DNA of 64,000 nt from the human T2T-CHM13v2.0 reference genome, Homo sapiens (GCF_009914755.1 NC_060933.1); one strand, 5' to 3'; counted from the first letter of the stretch, positions 39,846 through 55,376 are shown. The notes: generated by a model not told the origin, from the letters alone. A program made the numbers and translations.

Positions 39846-40439
39846 GGCCTGAGACACAAATTAAACATCCACATTCAGCATCCAAGCATAGAGATGGGAA
39901 GAATCTCACAGCAACTGTCTCTCCTTTTCCTCTCAATTTAGAGATGAGGACATTGAAGCCCAGAGAAATTAAGTGACTTTTCTAAAACTGCACAGCTTGA
40001 TAGTTACAAATAAGGGAAAAGGATCCTGGAATCCTTCAATCCTGCCTTTTAGGGCTGAATTTGACCAAACAAGGAACAAAAACTAATTGGGAACTCTTTC
40101 TCTGGAGGAGCACAGAGAACTTTGAAGCATTGCAGAGAACCACTCCAGAGGAAAGGCTTATCTGAGATTATTCTGGAAATGAGAAAAGATCAGAGAGCAC
40201 CTACTTTAAAAACAGATGAAAAGAAATTTATACAGGGCAGCTTTACCTTACAGAAAACCAGCTTAGAGTAAATGGTTGAGGGAACTTTGCATATGGGCAA
40301 TGCCAAGTATAGATCAGACTTCAGTGTTCAGTGATGCAGATGGTCCTAGAATTTCCTTAGCAGCTCGCTGCTGGGAGCTGACCTTCCCCAGGAGCCATAA
40401 GAAGAGGCTTTGAGGAACAGCAACATCATGCGAAGCATA

Positions 40440-40690
40440 ACGCTAATTATAGTTTTCACTTATTGAGCACATATAATATACCTGGCACTGTTCTAACAGT
40501 CTTATGTTTATAACTTATATAGCCCTCACAGCAATGCTGTGAGTAGATAACACTATCTTCGTCATAGTTACAGATGAGTGACCTGAGACGTTGAGAGGTT
40601 ATGAAGCCTTTTTAAGTGGGACAGCCAGTCCTAGGTGTTAGAGACCATTTGAATGCAGGAGTGTGTCTGAAATCATGCTCTTAATCCCGT
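40440..40690 (-). mobile_element. MIR
   Basis: TTATTGAGCAC..CCTGGCACTGTTCTAA..TTACAGATGAG..CTGAGAC. Confidence 0.7.
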
Positions 40691-40825
40691 TGCTGTACTG
40701 GATGAGGGTCAGGAGATGAGCTTACTTTGCCATGGTGAGGTGACTCATTCCAGTTGTCCTCGATGGCTTCTAGGGAGATGGACATTCTGGACCTGCTCTG
40801 CCACAGAGGTGTGGCTTTGGGCAAG

Positions 40826-41412
40826 TGTGCAGTAAAGGGTTGCCTCAACAGACCTGAGTTGCCCAAACCCCACACATTCTAAAGATCTTCAGGAATGGCC
40901 CTTGACCAGCTCCAGGGAGATCACCTCTGAGCCCTTGGAATATCCTGCTTGATAAGAGTGTCTCTGTATACCTGGGGCCCTGGGCTGCGTTAGACAGTTT
41001 ATGCTAACAATGTGATTTATGGATGGACTCTTGGGCCACACTATATCAGTTTGACCTCTGAGGGGCAAGTGAGAGACACTAGACACTTCATGCTTATGTG
41101 ACTGCCCCCTGACCTCCAAGAAAGCCCTGGACACCAAGGTTCAGCTGAAGCTCCCTAGTTAGTGTGTGTTGTCACACATTGTAGCTGAGTGAATTCAACA
41201 CTGTCAGCCAACTACATAAGGAGAGGAAAACTAAAAGCTCAGACTTGGTTTTTTTCTGCACTTTGCCCTATGAGCACTTTTCTTGTGCTGACTTTAATCT
41301 GCATCCCTTCACTCCAGTAAACTGTAACCAAGATTATAACATTTTTTCTGAGTTCTGTGAATCATCCTATTGAATCATCAAACCTAAGTGTGGATTTGAC
41401 TACCTTGACACA
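40826..41412 (+). mobile_element. MER77-family ERVL solo LTR with intact TSD
   Basis: TGTGCAGTAAAGGGTT...TGACACA, CCCTTGGAATATCCTGCTTGATAAGAGTGT; perfect 5-bp TSD GCAAG (40821-40825 / 41413-41417). Confidence 0.85.
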
Positions 41413-41669
41413 GCAAGGTAGTCAGTATCCCCCAGTAGCTTCTTATATAAAATGAGAGAGTTGACCTACAGCCCTAGATGATTTCCAAGGTTTCTTCAAC
41501 TCTGTCTTTAGGCGTGCTTCATAATCCTGTGGGTTTTTTTCCTAGTCTCTTGTGTCTTATTGTGCAGTCCCATCTACAGTAGGGACTTCCCGGCTGCTGA
41601 TCCCTGACATGACCTCCAAACAAATCAACTTTCCCTGGCAGAGAAGGGGATGTAGTTGGATCTCCAAAA

Positions 41670-42170
41670 AATGTGTTGCAAAGCCTGCAACACAAAATAA
41701 TGTTCCAGTATCCATTCTCGCCTCCTTCCCTGCTAATAGAACCCTATTTAAACTGGGTACCTAGGAACCTGGAATAAAGAATAAATTTCCCAGCCTGCCT
41801 TGCAGCTAAATGTGGCCATGTGACTAAGTGCTGGCCAATAGTATGAAAGCACACGTGTGATGTGGGACTCCTGGGAAATGCCTTGAAAGAAGAATGCTCT
41901 CATCACCCCCTCCTTCTTGCAGTTGTGGTGCAGGTATATGGTGACATTTGGGTAGCTTATTGGCCCATAAGGAAGAAACCATGTTCTAAGGATGGCAGAA
42001 CAAGGACAGGAAAGGAGACTGGCTCCTCGGGATTCTGCAAAGCCACCTGTCAGCTACGAACTCTCTCCTCCACACTTCTTTCCCCTGAAAAACAAACAGA
42101 ATCCATCTTGCTTAAGCCACTGTTATTTTGGATTTTCTGCCACACAGCTGAGCCTTTCCTAACCAGCACA
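41670..42170 (+). mobile_element. MLT1J-like MaLR LTR
   Basis: TTTCCCAGCCTGCCTTGCAGCTAAATGTGGCCATGTGACTAAGTGCTGGCCAAT; CTTAAGCCACTGTTATTTTGG. Confidence 0.75.
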
Positions 42171-42854
42171 GACTGCATCTCCCACCTAATGAAAGATTAA
42201 CAGGGCTCCCAATCTCAGCCCATCCATTGCCTGTACGAGAAAGCAATGATGATTCATTTAAAAGCACTCTATTCGGAATACTATCTTCTCCTATTTCCTA
42301 CAAATCAAATTACCAAGAGACCAATTGGATTTTTCAAGTCCCTCAAAATGTTCTTTTTAGATGTTCTTGGTATTAAATAGTAACAGAATTTAAATGGCAT
42401 CAACAAAACACACAGACGTGACTGTGGTGATAAGTTACATAAATCTGTGAGGGAAAGAACCTCACAAGAACATAATAGATGTGACAGAGATGGAAAACAG
42501 CAAGTCGGATCTGAGGGATTTGCCTCTGGCTTCTACCACCTGGCCATAGGCAGCCACCTACTCAGGTTCAGGGGCACCTTCCCTGCTCTTAGGGAGAGTA
42601 AAATCCAAGTGGATGGGGGAGAAGGGTGGCTGGTTAAAGAACTACAAATCTACCTCAATATTCTTATTTCCCGAACACCCATTGCAGACCCTGAGCTTCT
42701 TGCAATCATTAGCAGAAGCTGCGTTTCACTCTTGCTTCGTATTCCTAGTGCCAAGAATGGTGCCGAGCATAGAAACAGTTCCATGCCTGGAGGCCTGGCT
42801 TCGAGCCCCAGCTCTGCCAACCACGGGTGCTACTCACCAGGGGACAAAACCTGA

Positions 42855-43090
42855 GTCCTAATTATGTGCCAGGTACTATGCAAACCACTCTACCTTCACC
42901 TTCTGTAACCTTCACAACAACCCTCTGAAGCATTCCTGTTACCATGCCCATCTACAAACGAAGCCAATGAGCCATGAAGAAGGTCAAGCAATTGCCCAAA
43001 GTCACTCAGCTCCCGAAGTGCAGAACAAGGATTCGAACCCGGTGGTCTGACTTCAGAGTCTACGCACTTAACCCCCACTGCACTGTAAGC
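42855..43090 (-). mobile_element. MIR
   Basis: TATGTGCCAGGTACTATGC..TTGCCCAAAGTCACTCAGC..GGATTCGAACCC..TCTGACTTCAGAGTC. Confidence 0.85.
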
Positions 43091-43199
43091 AGAAAGGCAT
43101 GACACAGATGTTGTTATTGCTGTTGTTACAGGCTCAAAAGAAGGAAGGAAACTAACAATGCGGGGAGGCTGTAGCTAGGCCTGGGTCAGGATGAGGTTT

Positions 43200-43375
43200 G
43201 ACATCATATCTATATTATCTCATGTATTCTGCACAGAGACTTATTCCCAATATACAAATAAGGGAACTGAGGCTCAGGAAGGTAAACAAATCCCCCAAGA
43301 CCTCAAAGCCTAGTGGTAGCATCTGGATTTCACTTCAGGTTTCCCTGGTTTCAAAGCCCATGCTCTTTTCATTCC
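43200..43375 (-). mobile_element. MIR
   Basis: ACAAATAAGAGGGAACTGAGGCTCAGGAAGGTAAAC. Confidence 0.6.
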
Positions 43376-44177
43376 TCAGAGCTACCTCTCAGCCCACTGC
43401 AGAGAGGGTGACCATCAACTCCTCCTGGAGACTAGCATTTGAGGTTCTAAGAGGCAGCCATTGCCACTGATGAGAAAAGCTTTTTAGTTGTATTTATAGA
43501 AATTATTTACATCTGAACCCATAATGTATATGTATATAAAATATATACGTATTTGAGGCAACACAAAGAGACCATATACACGGGTAAGAAAATAATTATT
43601 GCAGATGGGAGAATAAAATGTTGCTAAGTAGTGTGGATAAAATCTTTTGGGTCTGGCACAGAAGTTGTTAAGGGTCTGAGTTGGCAAGCAGGCTCACAAG
43701 ATGCAAATAAGCTTTCATCTTCTCCCATGTTGACTTAGCCTTATGGAAGGCCACAGAACTGGAGATACAGCAGATGTAGCATTCCCAGCTCATGAGAAGC
43801 CCAGCAGCTACCCAAGGATGCAGCTTCTTTTACCTCCTCACCCACATGGGACATGAACAGCTGGTGTGGATGAGAGCCAAAGGGTGGGGGTCATCCGACA
43901 CAGAGCAGCACAGCCACCCCAATTTCCCACCAATCTTTCATACCATGCTGATCAGCAGGCCCCAGGCCCACATGCCAACTCAGAGCTCATCCAGCCCGGA
44001 TGAAGTCTCCCAGGTCAGAGACTTCACAGACACAACATCCCTCATTTGTTTTAACTGCCATTTCCACAGAACAGCACTGGGGAAAAAAGTCTGCCTCTCA
44101 AGTCACCCAGGCCTGATGTTAACACTTTAGTCTCAGGTATCAAGCTAAGAGGCAAGAGCATTCAAGAAGCAACATTG

Positions 44178-44472
44178 GGTCAGATTCAGTGGCTCACGTC
44201 TGTAATCCCAGCACTTTGGGAGGCAAGTTGGGAGAATCACTTGAGCCCAGGAATTTGAGACCAGCCTGGGCAACATACAAAGATGCTGTCTCTACAAGTG
44301 CAACAACAAAAAATAGCTGGATGTGGTGGCACTTGTCTCTAGTCCCAGCTACATAGGAGGCTGAGTGGGGAGGATCAGCCTTGGAGTTTGAGGCTGCAGT
44401 GATCTATGATTGCACCACTGCACTCCAGCCTGGGCAACAAAGTAAGACCCTATCTCAGAAAGAAAAAAAAAA
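44178..44472 (+). mobile_element. AluJ
   Basis: CACTTGAGCCCAGG, GAGGCTGCAGTGATCTATGAT; decayed TSD agaagcaacattg/agaagccatgttg. Confidence 0.9.
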
Positions 44473-44508
44473 CAGAAGCCATGTTGCATAGTGTGTGCTC
44501 TACATTAG

Positions 44509-45135
<627 letters not shown>

Positions 45136-45149
45136 ATCAGTAAGAACTA

Positions 45150-45600
45150 TGCTGGGCCAAAAGTAACAGAAAAACTCAACCCATGTTTCTTAAACACTGG
45201 GGGTTTATTTTTCACACAGCAGAAGCCCAGGAATGCAGTCCCGAGCTGGTGCAGCTTCCCAGGGGGTAAATCCCAAGGGTATGGACTTCCATCCATGCTT
45301 GTTGCTTTGCAGTTGCCATAGAGACGGAGACGCTGCATCCCCTGGCCTCACATTCACATGACAGGCAGAAAGAAGTAAGAGGAAAGGAAAAGGGGGCAGA
45401 ACCTGTAAGAAGAAAGCTTTTGCTTTCATTTTGCAGATGTCCTCTCACATTTCATCAGCCTGAGCTGTATTACATGGCCACCATCAGCTGTGAGGGAGTC
45501 TGAGACAGCGATCATGCTTAGCTAGGCCCAGAGCTTCCCCCAACAAAATGGGGTTCTGTTCTTAAAGAAGAAGGGGAGATTGGACATTGGCAGGTTGGAT
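45150..45600 (-). mobile_element. Old MLT1 (K/L-type) LTR
   Basis: CATTTCATCAGCCTGAGCTGTATTACATGGCCACC, GGGTTCTGTTCTTAAAGAAGAAGGGGAGA. Confidence 0.55.
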
Positions 45601-46917
45601 TGGTAATATGCAATTTGTTACATATAACAACCCTGAAAAAAATTTTTCACACCCACCAGGCCCCACACAATTTTGGATAGCCCGCTCCATGTGCACAGGC
45701 CTCTCAATGAACAAAGCTTTCTCCTTCCCCCAGCCCCAGCTTCTCCCTCCTGCCCCCTACAACAGAATACAGGAGGCTAAACAAACCCAGGTGTCTGTCC
45801 TCTGCATACCCACTTCCTTCCACTAGCCACCAGCCCTTTAAGAAAACCACCAAGGAATTTATATTCCAGGCCTTGTTCTTAGAGCTTTGAAAAGGGCTTG
45901 ATTTTTACAACTGGAATTTGGAAAGAAGGCCCAAGGGCAGAGCATTTTTCCAACAGAGTGAGAGCCAGCCACCAATCCCTCAGCAGGCCCTCAATTTGCT
46001 TGGTTTTCTTATTTTGACAACTAGATGCTGGCCCCTAAGTCATGCTGTAAAAATCTGTGGCTACCATGGCATGGATATTTCTTAGGGTATCTTGGAGCTA
46101 TACGCAGAGTCTACATTGGTCAAAACTGTCTTCTTTCATATGTAGTGAGCTCTTTGACATCGGAGACAGCCAGGAAGAAGTTGGCCGGTCACTTCTTAAA
46201 GACAATAGAGTGCAACGTATCAGAGAAACGCTGGACATTCCTTCAGTCTCCAAGAGTCAATGATTTGGATCTTTGTGGTTTGTCTTCATTTCCCTCTCTT
46301 AAAACAGCATCAAGCAAAAGTCATGGGGCTCCCAACAAAGGGAAAGATGAATCACAGGGTTTGGAGACTGGGTGAAGGGAAGTTTGGTGGCAAACTCATC
46401 TTGAAGTTGGCTGGGATAAAATTTGAGATGGTTCTCCTGGGCACCAATGTGGAAGTTAAAAAAACAAATTTCCTGAGAAGAGATGCTAACAGCAACTTCA
46501 TGGGGGAGGTGGTAGGTGGGTATTGGGGGTCACCTCTCAAGGACTCCCTAAACCACCTCAGATTTCAGAAGTTATGAACTGAAGGGACAGGAAAATACAG
46601 TAGCTATTGTTAATTTAAAAACTGACAAAATAAAACTAACATGTCTTCAGGTGGGGAAATCTGGAAATGGGAAGAGAAAATGTTACAGAAAGAAAAAGAA
46701 AACAGCCCTAGTGTAAAATTTTTAAAATCTTAACCCTAGGGTTTTAGAACCTAAGAGTTCTATTAATAAGGCACAAAAGTTCCTAATGTGCTCTAAATCA
46801 CATCAAAATTGCTTCTACACATGTGGATTTTAAGATCATAAGGAATATTTGGAGGAAATATTAATAAATAAAATTCTCTTTTTTGCTACTGGGGTAATGT
46901 TTAGAAAATTACCCATA

Positions 46918-47636
46918 TGAGGCAGACTGATACTAAAAATGACCTCAATTCTTCACCACTCCCCACACCCACATTCTTTATCATGTGACTTTGCTGCTCC
47001 TCCTATCAAGAGATGGAGTCTATTTCCCCACCCTGAGATCTGGGCTGGGATCTCTGGCCAATACAATGTGGCAGAATGAAGGTGTGTCAAATCCAAGTCT
47101 GACCTCAGAGATCTTGCTCATTTCTGCTCTTTTTTGGAATGCTACCTCCACTGTGTTAACAAGGCTGGGCTAGCCTGGGGAAAGAGGAGAGAGCTCAGAG
47201 ACAAGAGCTCATTTGCCTCAGCCAAGGCCATCCTAGATCAACCTACAGCCAACAACCTCTAAACATGTGAGAAAAGTCAGCCAAGATCAGCCAAGCTGCC
47301 TGCCTGACCCACAGCTAGCCTCAGATGCATGAAGGAGACCATCCAGGAGCTGAAGAACCCAGAGACTTGGGCGCAATAAGAAACGCTTTTTGTTTTAAGC
47401 CAGGGTAATCAAACTTTTTCTATCAAGGGCCAAATAGTAAATATTTTAGACTTACTAAATATTTGGTATGGTCTCTGTTGCATATCTTATTTTGTTTTCC
47501 AAACGCTTTAAACATGTAAAACCATTCTCAGCTTGTGGGTCCTACAGAAACATACTGCAGGCCACAGTTTGCCACTCTCTGCTTAAGCCATTGAGCTCTG
47601 AGATACTTTGTTACACAGCAGAAGCTAACTCATAGA
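46918..47636 (+). mobile_element. MLT1G/H-type LTR interrupted by MER58
   Basis: ATGTGACTTTGCTGCTCCTCCTATCAAGAGATGGAGTCTATTTCCCCACCC; ends TTTGTTACACAGCAGAAGCTAAC. Confidence 0.75.
47401..47581. mobile_element. MER58-family MITE nested in MLT1
   Basis: CAGGG..AAACTTTTTCT..AAGGGCCAAATAGTAAATATTTTAG..CAGTTTGCCACTCTCTG; flanking TTAAGC duplication. Confidence 0.8.
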
Positions 47637-48280
47637 CCACATGGTTTTTATTTGCCCTTGTATCTTGTTTTCATGCAAAGAGAAAACTATACAATGAGGG
47701 TCATTTCCTCCAGGAGGGAAGGTTGACTGCTACCAGAAACAAAGAGGTCATTGACCAATGTTGCACCTCAAAGCCGTTTTCCTGGTTCCTTTAATAAAAT
47801 AATCACCTGAACGCCAGTCTTTGGGATGAAAAAATGATTTCTAAATTTCAGGGACTGATGGCCAAGATCCCGGGGGACTCCAGAGGAAGACACTAGCATA
47901 TAATCCCAAAATGTTAAATGGGACCAGTCTTTCTTCAGTGGAAATGATTTCCAGAACAAACTGGGGCTGTCATCCTGCAGCAGAGACCAGCCAGGATCCA
48001 AGGACAGAGTGAGTCAGCCCCTTCCTCTACAATCATGAAGTCATAGAAACCCAGCCCTCTAAACCTCTAGCTCTCATTTTGTGGAGATATAAAGAAAAGG
48101 GGGAGGAAATAAGAAAGACTGAGCATGTATCTTAGTCATGCCTGTAGAGAATGAATAGACTATTTAAATTATTGGATTGGGCTGAGTTTATTGGACTGGA
48201 CTAAATTTATTTTTTCCTTGCTACTCAGTGGGTTTGGAGACTTAAAAGGATGATAGATCACTTGTAGGAAATGATAGGAC

Positions 48281-49016
<736 letters not shown>

Positions 49017-49334
49017 AAGTCTATTTCTTTAAAAGAGATTATTTACATCTTTTAATTAACACCAATGATTCTTTCAACACTGCTTTTCTGAAGTTCCACT
49101 TCTGAAATTCAAAGTAGTCCTTGAGGGTCCCGGAACGCTGGCTGGCAGAGATGGAGGCATTACTCTCCCCACAGATTGGTTCACGGTGAACTTAGAGACC
49201 TCCGGGGAGGGTATATTCCAGTGGCTCCGAAGACCTCTGGTTGGTTTTGGATTTGGTTTAGAAGAGTTTAGAAGGGTTTAGAAGGGAGCAGCTGATAAAA
49301 GGAGCATTTTTAGAAACGGCCTGCCTTTTCGGGG

Positions 49335-49470
49335 TCCTAACTTTGGTGTGCACTGAGGTCATCTGGAACAAGTGTTGGGAATGGAGATTTCTGAACCTCA
49401 TCATCAGAGATTCTGGTTCACTTTGTCTAGAGAATGAAATTCAAGAATCTATATCTTTAGCAAGCACCGT
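49335..49470. mobile_element. MER5A-like fragment
   Basis: AACTTTGG..TCATCTGG..CAGAGATTCTGGTTCA..CAAGAATCT..TTTAGCAAGCACC. Confidence 0.55.
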
Positions 49471-49742
49471 TTAGTGACTCTGGCACAGCCGATTAAAACG
49501 CCTTTCCCCAGAAAAAGCCATGGAGGGATCCCACAATTCAAAGTGGCAGAGAGCTCCCATTCATTCCCTGGCCGCTTGGAAGCTGCCCTAGCGTGGGGAT
49601 TGGCTAAGGTGGAAGAGCTTGGGCCTATGGTGCTCCTCACCTGCGGGGTCCCTCGGGAGGAAGATGGAGGGCGCTGGAGCAGCCCTTCCCGGTGCTCTCT
49701 CTCCCTTCCCAAATGGGGACCCGGGTCAGGACTCTGGGAGAG

Positions 49743-49761
49743 CGGCACCCCCTAGTGGCCA
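49743..49761 (-). promoter_or_regulatory. Strong CTCF core motif
   Basis: Minus strand TGGCCACTAGGGGGTGCCG versus consensus TGGCCACCAGGGGGCGCTA, in unique GC-rich sequence. Confidence 0.75.
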
Positions 49762-50369
49762 CGTTTAGTTTTCCAGGTACTTAGCAACAGGCACCCGGCC
49801 AGCAGCTGAACTCCCCCACGTAAACGGGTGGCACTACATCAATAACACAGGGCAATGGAGCAACTTATTGTGATCTTGACTCATGTGGCAATAAATATCA
49901 AATCGGAACACAGAAGCGGAACATCCACAGGAAATGGCAACTGCATTTTATGGGTCTTAAATTTCATACCAGAAGAGAAAATCACTACCGGGCTCTGAAA
50001 AGCTGCAGTCAGGGTCTTGTTTTTTCAAATCTATTTCAGAAGAAAGCAAGAAAAAAACTGTAGAAGACAGGGTTGAGGTTGGGGGAGGTCAGGGGAGTCA
50101 AGCCATTTGGAAAAGCTCTTTGGAAAGAAAATCTCTGTGTAGTTTTAAGAGGGGAAAATTGAGCAGTGTAAATCAAAAGGAATTGTTTTTTAAATGCATT
50201 TGATTTTTTAAAGCAGCCAATATCTATTACAAATAAATTGTATTTTCTCCTTCTTCCTACCCCATTCCACTGATTAAATTACAAAATAGTAAAATAATAG
50301 ACCTCAAAATTCAGTCTCTGCATCCAATCAATTCCTATTGTTTACAAGCATCTGTGTATTTGTAATGAA

Positions 50370-50570
50370 ATAATTTCATAATTTCACTGAACTATGTGGC
50401 AGGCTCTTCACATACCTTATCTCTAATCATCTGAACAACCCTGCAGGGTAGATATTATTGATTACATTTTTCAAGTGAACAACTGAAGTCCAGAGTGATT
50501 GAATAAACTCACTAATACTAAGCAGAGCTGGGATTAGGACTCATAGCCTCCCAGTGCCAGAACTCAAGGA
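50370..50570 (-). mobile_element. MIR
   Basis: TATGTGGCAGGC..ACAACCCTGCAGGGTAGATATTATT..GCAGAGCTGGGATT. Confidence 0.6.
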
Positions 50571-50682
50571 CAATCTTCTCCAATACTCACCTCTCTGAAG
50601 AAACTGGAACATGTCTTGTAATCCCACTTTCCACAACAGAGGTACTGCCAGGAATGACGATGAACATTAAAAGGGTATGAGG

Positions 50683-51140
<458 letters not shown>

Positions 51141-54100
51141 TACAATGTAAGAAATCACATATTTAAACAAAAGGAATAATAAGAACTCTAGTGATATATA
51201 AGAGTTTAAGGGAGATAGATGTGGGTAGATTTGTTTCCTCATCAGCTTGGGAATGAAATTAGGGATAGATCTGATGGAGAGAAGACACCACAGGGCAGGC
51301 CCAGGCTGTATCATGCGGCCGACTGTGGACCCCTCAGGCTCTTGCTGTGGCTGAGTTTCTTCCCCTGCGATAATCACTTTCCCATCAGCATTGACAATGG
51401 CTCCTTATTTTTCCCTTTCTATCAAAACTTACTTGCAGACTTTTTATTTATACTAATGTGTAAAGGGCTGATTAGTGTTTAAACAGCTCCCCTTTCAAAG
51501 GAATTATGTCATTTTTAAACTCCAAATATTCAACCATCCCCTTCCTGATGAAGAACACGAAGAACATGTCACTTAGATGTTCAAGTGACTTCAAAATCAA
51601 CAAGCAAAATGAAACTCAGTATTACCACATCCCGTGCTGCCCCACTAGCCAAGTTGTCTCCCCATTCTAAGATCCCTAACTCTGCCACCCATATTTCTCT
51701 GGCTCCTGCCCCATCTGCTAACATGGGCCTCAGCCAACTCATAACGTACCCCAACTCCAAGTCCTTCCAGCGAACCCCAGAGACGATGTCCTATCAGCTC
51801 TCTGATTGTCTGAGGCTGACCCACACCATTCGCCATTTTTACCTCTTCCTCTGCTCCAACCCTCTCCAGTGGAAACACTAGAGTTTTGAGATATAAGCAC
51901 CATTTTGGCTAAGAACACCAGCCCACTGTGCACCATCCTTTGCTGGCCCATGTTCTGCTCCTGATGGCTCCTTCCATGGCTGCTGGATATGGCTGCCCGC
52001 CCAAGGACCTCTGTTGGCACAGGGGAGACTCTGGAGGCCAGAACCGAGTGCTGGTCTGCTCTGAAGTGGGAGAGTTGCTGCACCCTATCAGGAAGGTCCC
52101 AAATCAGTTCTGCCTTCCTCTCCGCTACCACATGGAAGTAAATCCAGAAAAATCATCGGAACAACATCTTCTCCTCTGAAAGCCCACCTAACAAATTGCC
52201 TTCCTGTAATAAATGAAAATATCAGCAAGAGATCATTTTTAATCTCGATAAAAAAAAATCCAAGCACTTTGCAGTGTGTTACCCCGAGCAAAGTTACACT
52301 GGAGGCAGCTTTTATAGCTCAACCTGCGGTGACCTGTCCCACTCCAGTGAAGCCTTAAATTACCCCAGCTGCCAGAGGCCAGAATTAATCCCACTTCGCT
52401 TTCGATATCCTAAGCACAGAACAGGTATCAGAAGAGGATCAAGTGTTGCAAAGCTGCTTAGTAGTGGGATGTTGTTTAAGAAATACCGTAATCAACTGGC
52501 AAAGGTACAATTAACAGACAATTGTGACGATTAATTTTTAAAAATCGGTCTGGATTTGCATGTTGGGAAGCTATGCTCCTTGTTGATCTGGTTGAATTTT
52601 GGGGTTTTTGCCTTTTGTTTTTCCTCCCCTGATTTTAATCTCCTGGGCAACACTACGATTCTTGCTTTTTCAATACATTATTCTCTAGCGGCACTTTAAA
52701 AAAATCAACCATGTTTTTTTCTCAGTTGAAAGAAGCAACAAATCTGCTTATTTGATTTATGTCTCCTGGGATTCTAAAGAGTTTAAAAATCTAGGATGTC
52801 GGCCCTTCCTGTGATCCCACTGCTGGTTGCTAGGATCTCTTGGGGAAGCATTTATTCGCTTTCACGCCCCTGTTGCACTTAGTATCTAGTTCCTAAACAA
52901 ACTTTCATTATGGGGATTTCCAGGTCGCCCATTCTCCTCTTTATTAATTGCTCCTTTCTGTGTGGACAGGATCTGCCGTGTATTTTCCTAAACAGCTTTT
53001 ATGCTTTTGTTACCATTACTATTCTGAGGAAAGTGAACAAGGTCTTTGGAATTACCTACCATGACTTAGAAAATAGGAAAAAATATATGATCCCCGTGTA
53101 GTGCTATTTTGCCAAGATCCCACCCATCAGAACACCTAGATGAAACAGCTAAATGTGTTCCCCTGTCCTGATATTCACAGCCTGGCAACCCATGCAGTTT
53201 GAGACTGGGCCCAGACAGCAGTAGACACACGGCCAACAAGGGAGACGTTCTCCAGCAGGTAAGGTGCCCCCAGTGCTTCTTGAGTCACAGACAGAAGAGC
53301 ACCTTGTTGTGGTCCCCGTCCTTGCAGAAGGTTAAAGTCTAGCTGGGGAAATTAAATCAACAGACAGGAACCTATAGGATAACAGGGAAGTGACTGCTAA
53401 GCTATAGGGGGCTGATTCTTAGGAAAGCAGGAGTGTGGAGACAGGAAGTGGGTGAGAGGACATGAGACTGAAGCTGGACATTGAATGAGTAGGATTAAAT
53501 GAGGCAGAGGGAAGAAAGGAAAGCAAAGAGGGTGCACAGTGAGAGAAAAGACACAGAGAAAGCTGGTGTCGGTGGGGGAGGGAAACGGACTCAGTCAGGG
53601 CCTGGGAAGGAAGAGGAGAGCACACTCGACCTGGGATGAGCGCAGGGTTTAATAAAGGCACTGTCTGCAAGAGTGATAGCAGGTGGAACGAAACCACACC
53701 CACATGGGATGGCAAAGGCATCCTTGGGCTAGCAACAGTCAGAAGCTGTTGTCCCCCCTAAGCCTAAAGGGACAAGGGGAGAGAGCGAGTACCAGGACTC
53801 AGAGAGGGTAGGTCTCTAGAGAGGGCCACCTGGTAGCCCCCATGGCCTTTGTAGAGGGCAGCAGCCACTCCACAGAGAGCCCGCAGGAAGTAAGCCAAGT
53901 CAAGGCATAAGCTGACTGCTTGCCACTCTCCACCATTCTCCAGTCTCCTGCTAGTGCCTTGCACCAGCTAAGACCAAGCAGTTAGCAGAGACCCGCTGGT
54001 GCTTCTAAAGATCTGAGGTAGAGACCCAGAAGAAGAATGGCCCAGAGTGGACCTGGAGGAGCCAAAGGAAGGGAGCCAGCACAGATGAAATTAACCAGAG

Positions 54101-54533
54101 CCAGGGCACCATTAAAATCCCACTGCAAACCTGGTTGTGCATGAGGGGCATTTCAGTGAAATGAAGCAAATGGGACCCCTGAACAGGTAAGCTATAATCA
54201 GCCTTTTTGTCTTCCAGGTCTCTGCTCAGATATTAGAGGAAGCAAGCCCCTCACACGCCAAACACATTCTAAGCATCACCCCTATTTGGGTTTCCCTCCA
54301 GCGCTTATCTGAAATTATCCTGTTCCCTTTTTCACAGATCGTCTGTTTCCAGGAGGATGGATTTCCTAAGGACCCCTGCACTGAATGCAAGCCTGCTGGG
54401 GACTCCACCTGCTGAAAACAGGACAATGATCCCTGGCGGATGAAAACTACACAAGCCAGACAAAACATGTGCTAAAACGCACCTCCAGTCTACAGAGGAG
54501 GAGCAGGAGGCAGAGCAAGAAATGGGAGGAAGA

Positions 54534-54883
<350 letters not shown>

Positions 54884-55376
54884 TCACATCTGCTGCCCTG
54901 ATGCTGCTCCCAGCAGGTAACCATAAAGCGTGAGAGGGAGAGCTCTATGCGACTCCAGGGAGATTTCTCTGCCCATCCTTAATGGAGAGCTGGAGAGAGC
55001 CACAGATCTCGTGGTCAGTCGCTACCTAAGCAGCCCCTCTCGTTTGCTGAAGCACCCTGGGCAGGTCCCGTAAGTCAGGCCTTTTCCGGTGAAAGGGTCC
55101 TGAGCCATACATGGATAGATGCTGCACCCAGTTCCTGGAGGAGGAAGGTCTATTCTGACATCAAACAGTCCGTCAGCATCGCTGTTCTAGAAACTGCTAG
55201 CATGATGAGTGGGCCGCACAAAGGTAGCGGGGTAACGATTAGCTCATCTCTAATTATATGGGATTTACGATTAGGCAGCAAGTTTATTTTGGAACACTGC
55301 AATAACAAGACGCACAGCAGTGGCGAGGACGAGGGGGTGGAGTTCTAGCTTGGCCTTTAGAATATAATAGCTTGTC

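Noticed and set aside
42447-42854. 135-aa ORF in unique sequence
   Set aside because: GTG start, no recognisable homology or convincing exon structure; length attainable by chance
49256-49286. (GTTTAGAAGG)x3-like short tandem repeat resembling telomeric sequence
   Set aside because: 10-bp unit, not TTAGGG; ordinary slippage repeat
49449-49800. CpG island or coding first exon
   Set aside because: Too short and CpG-sparse for an island; the overlapping ORFs have no recognisable protein features
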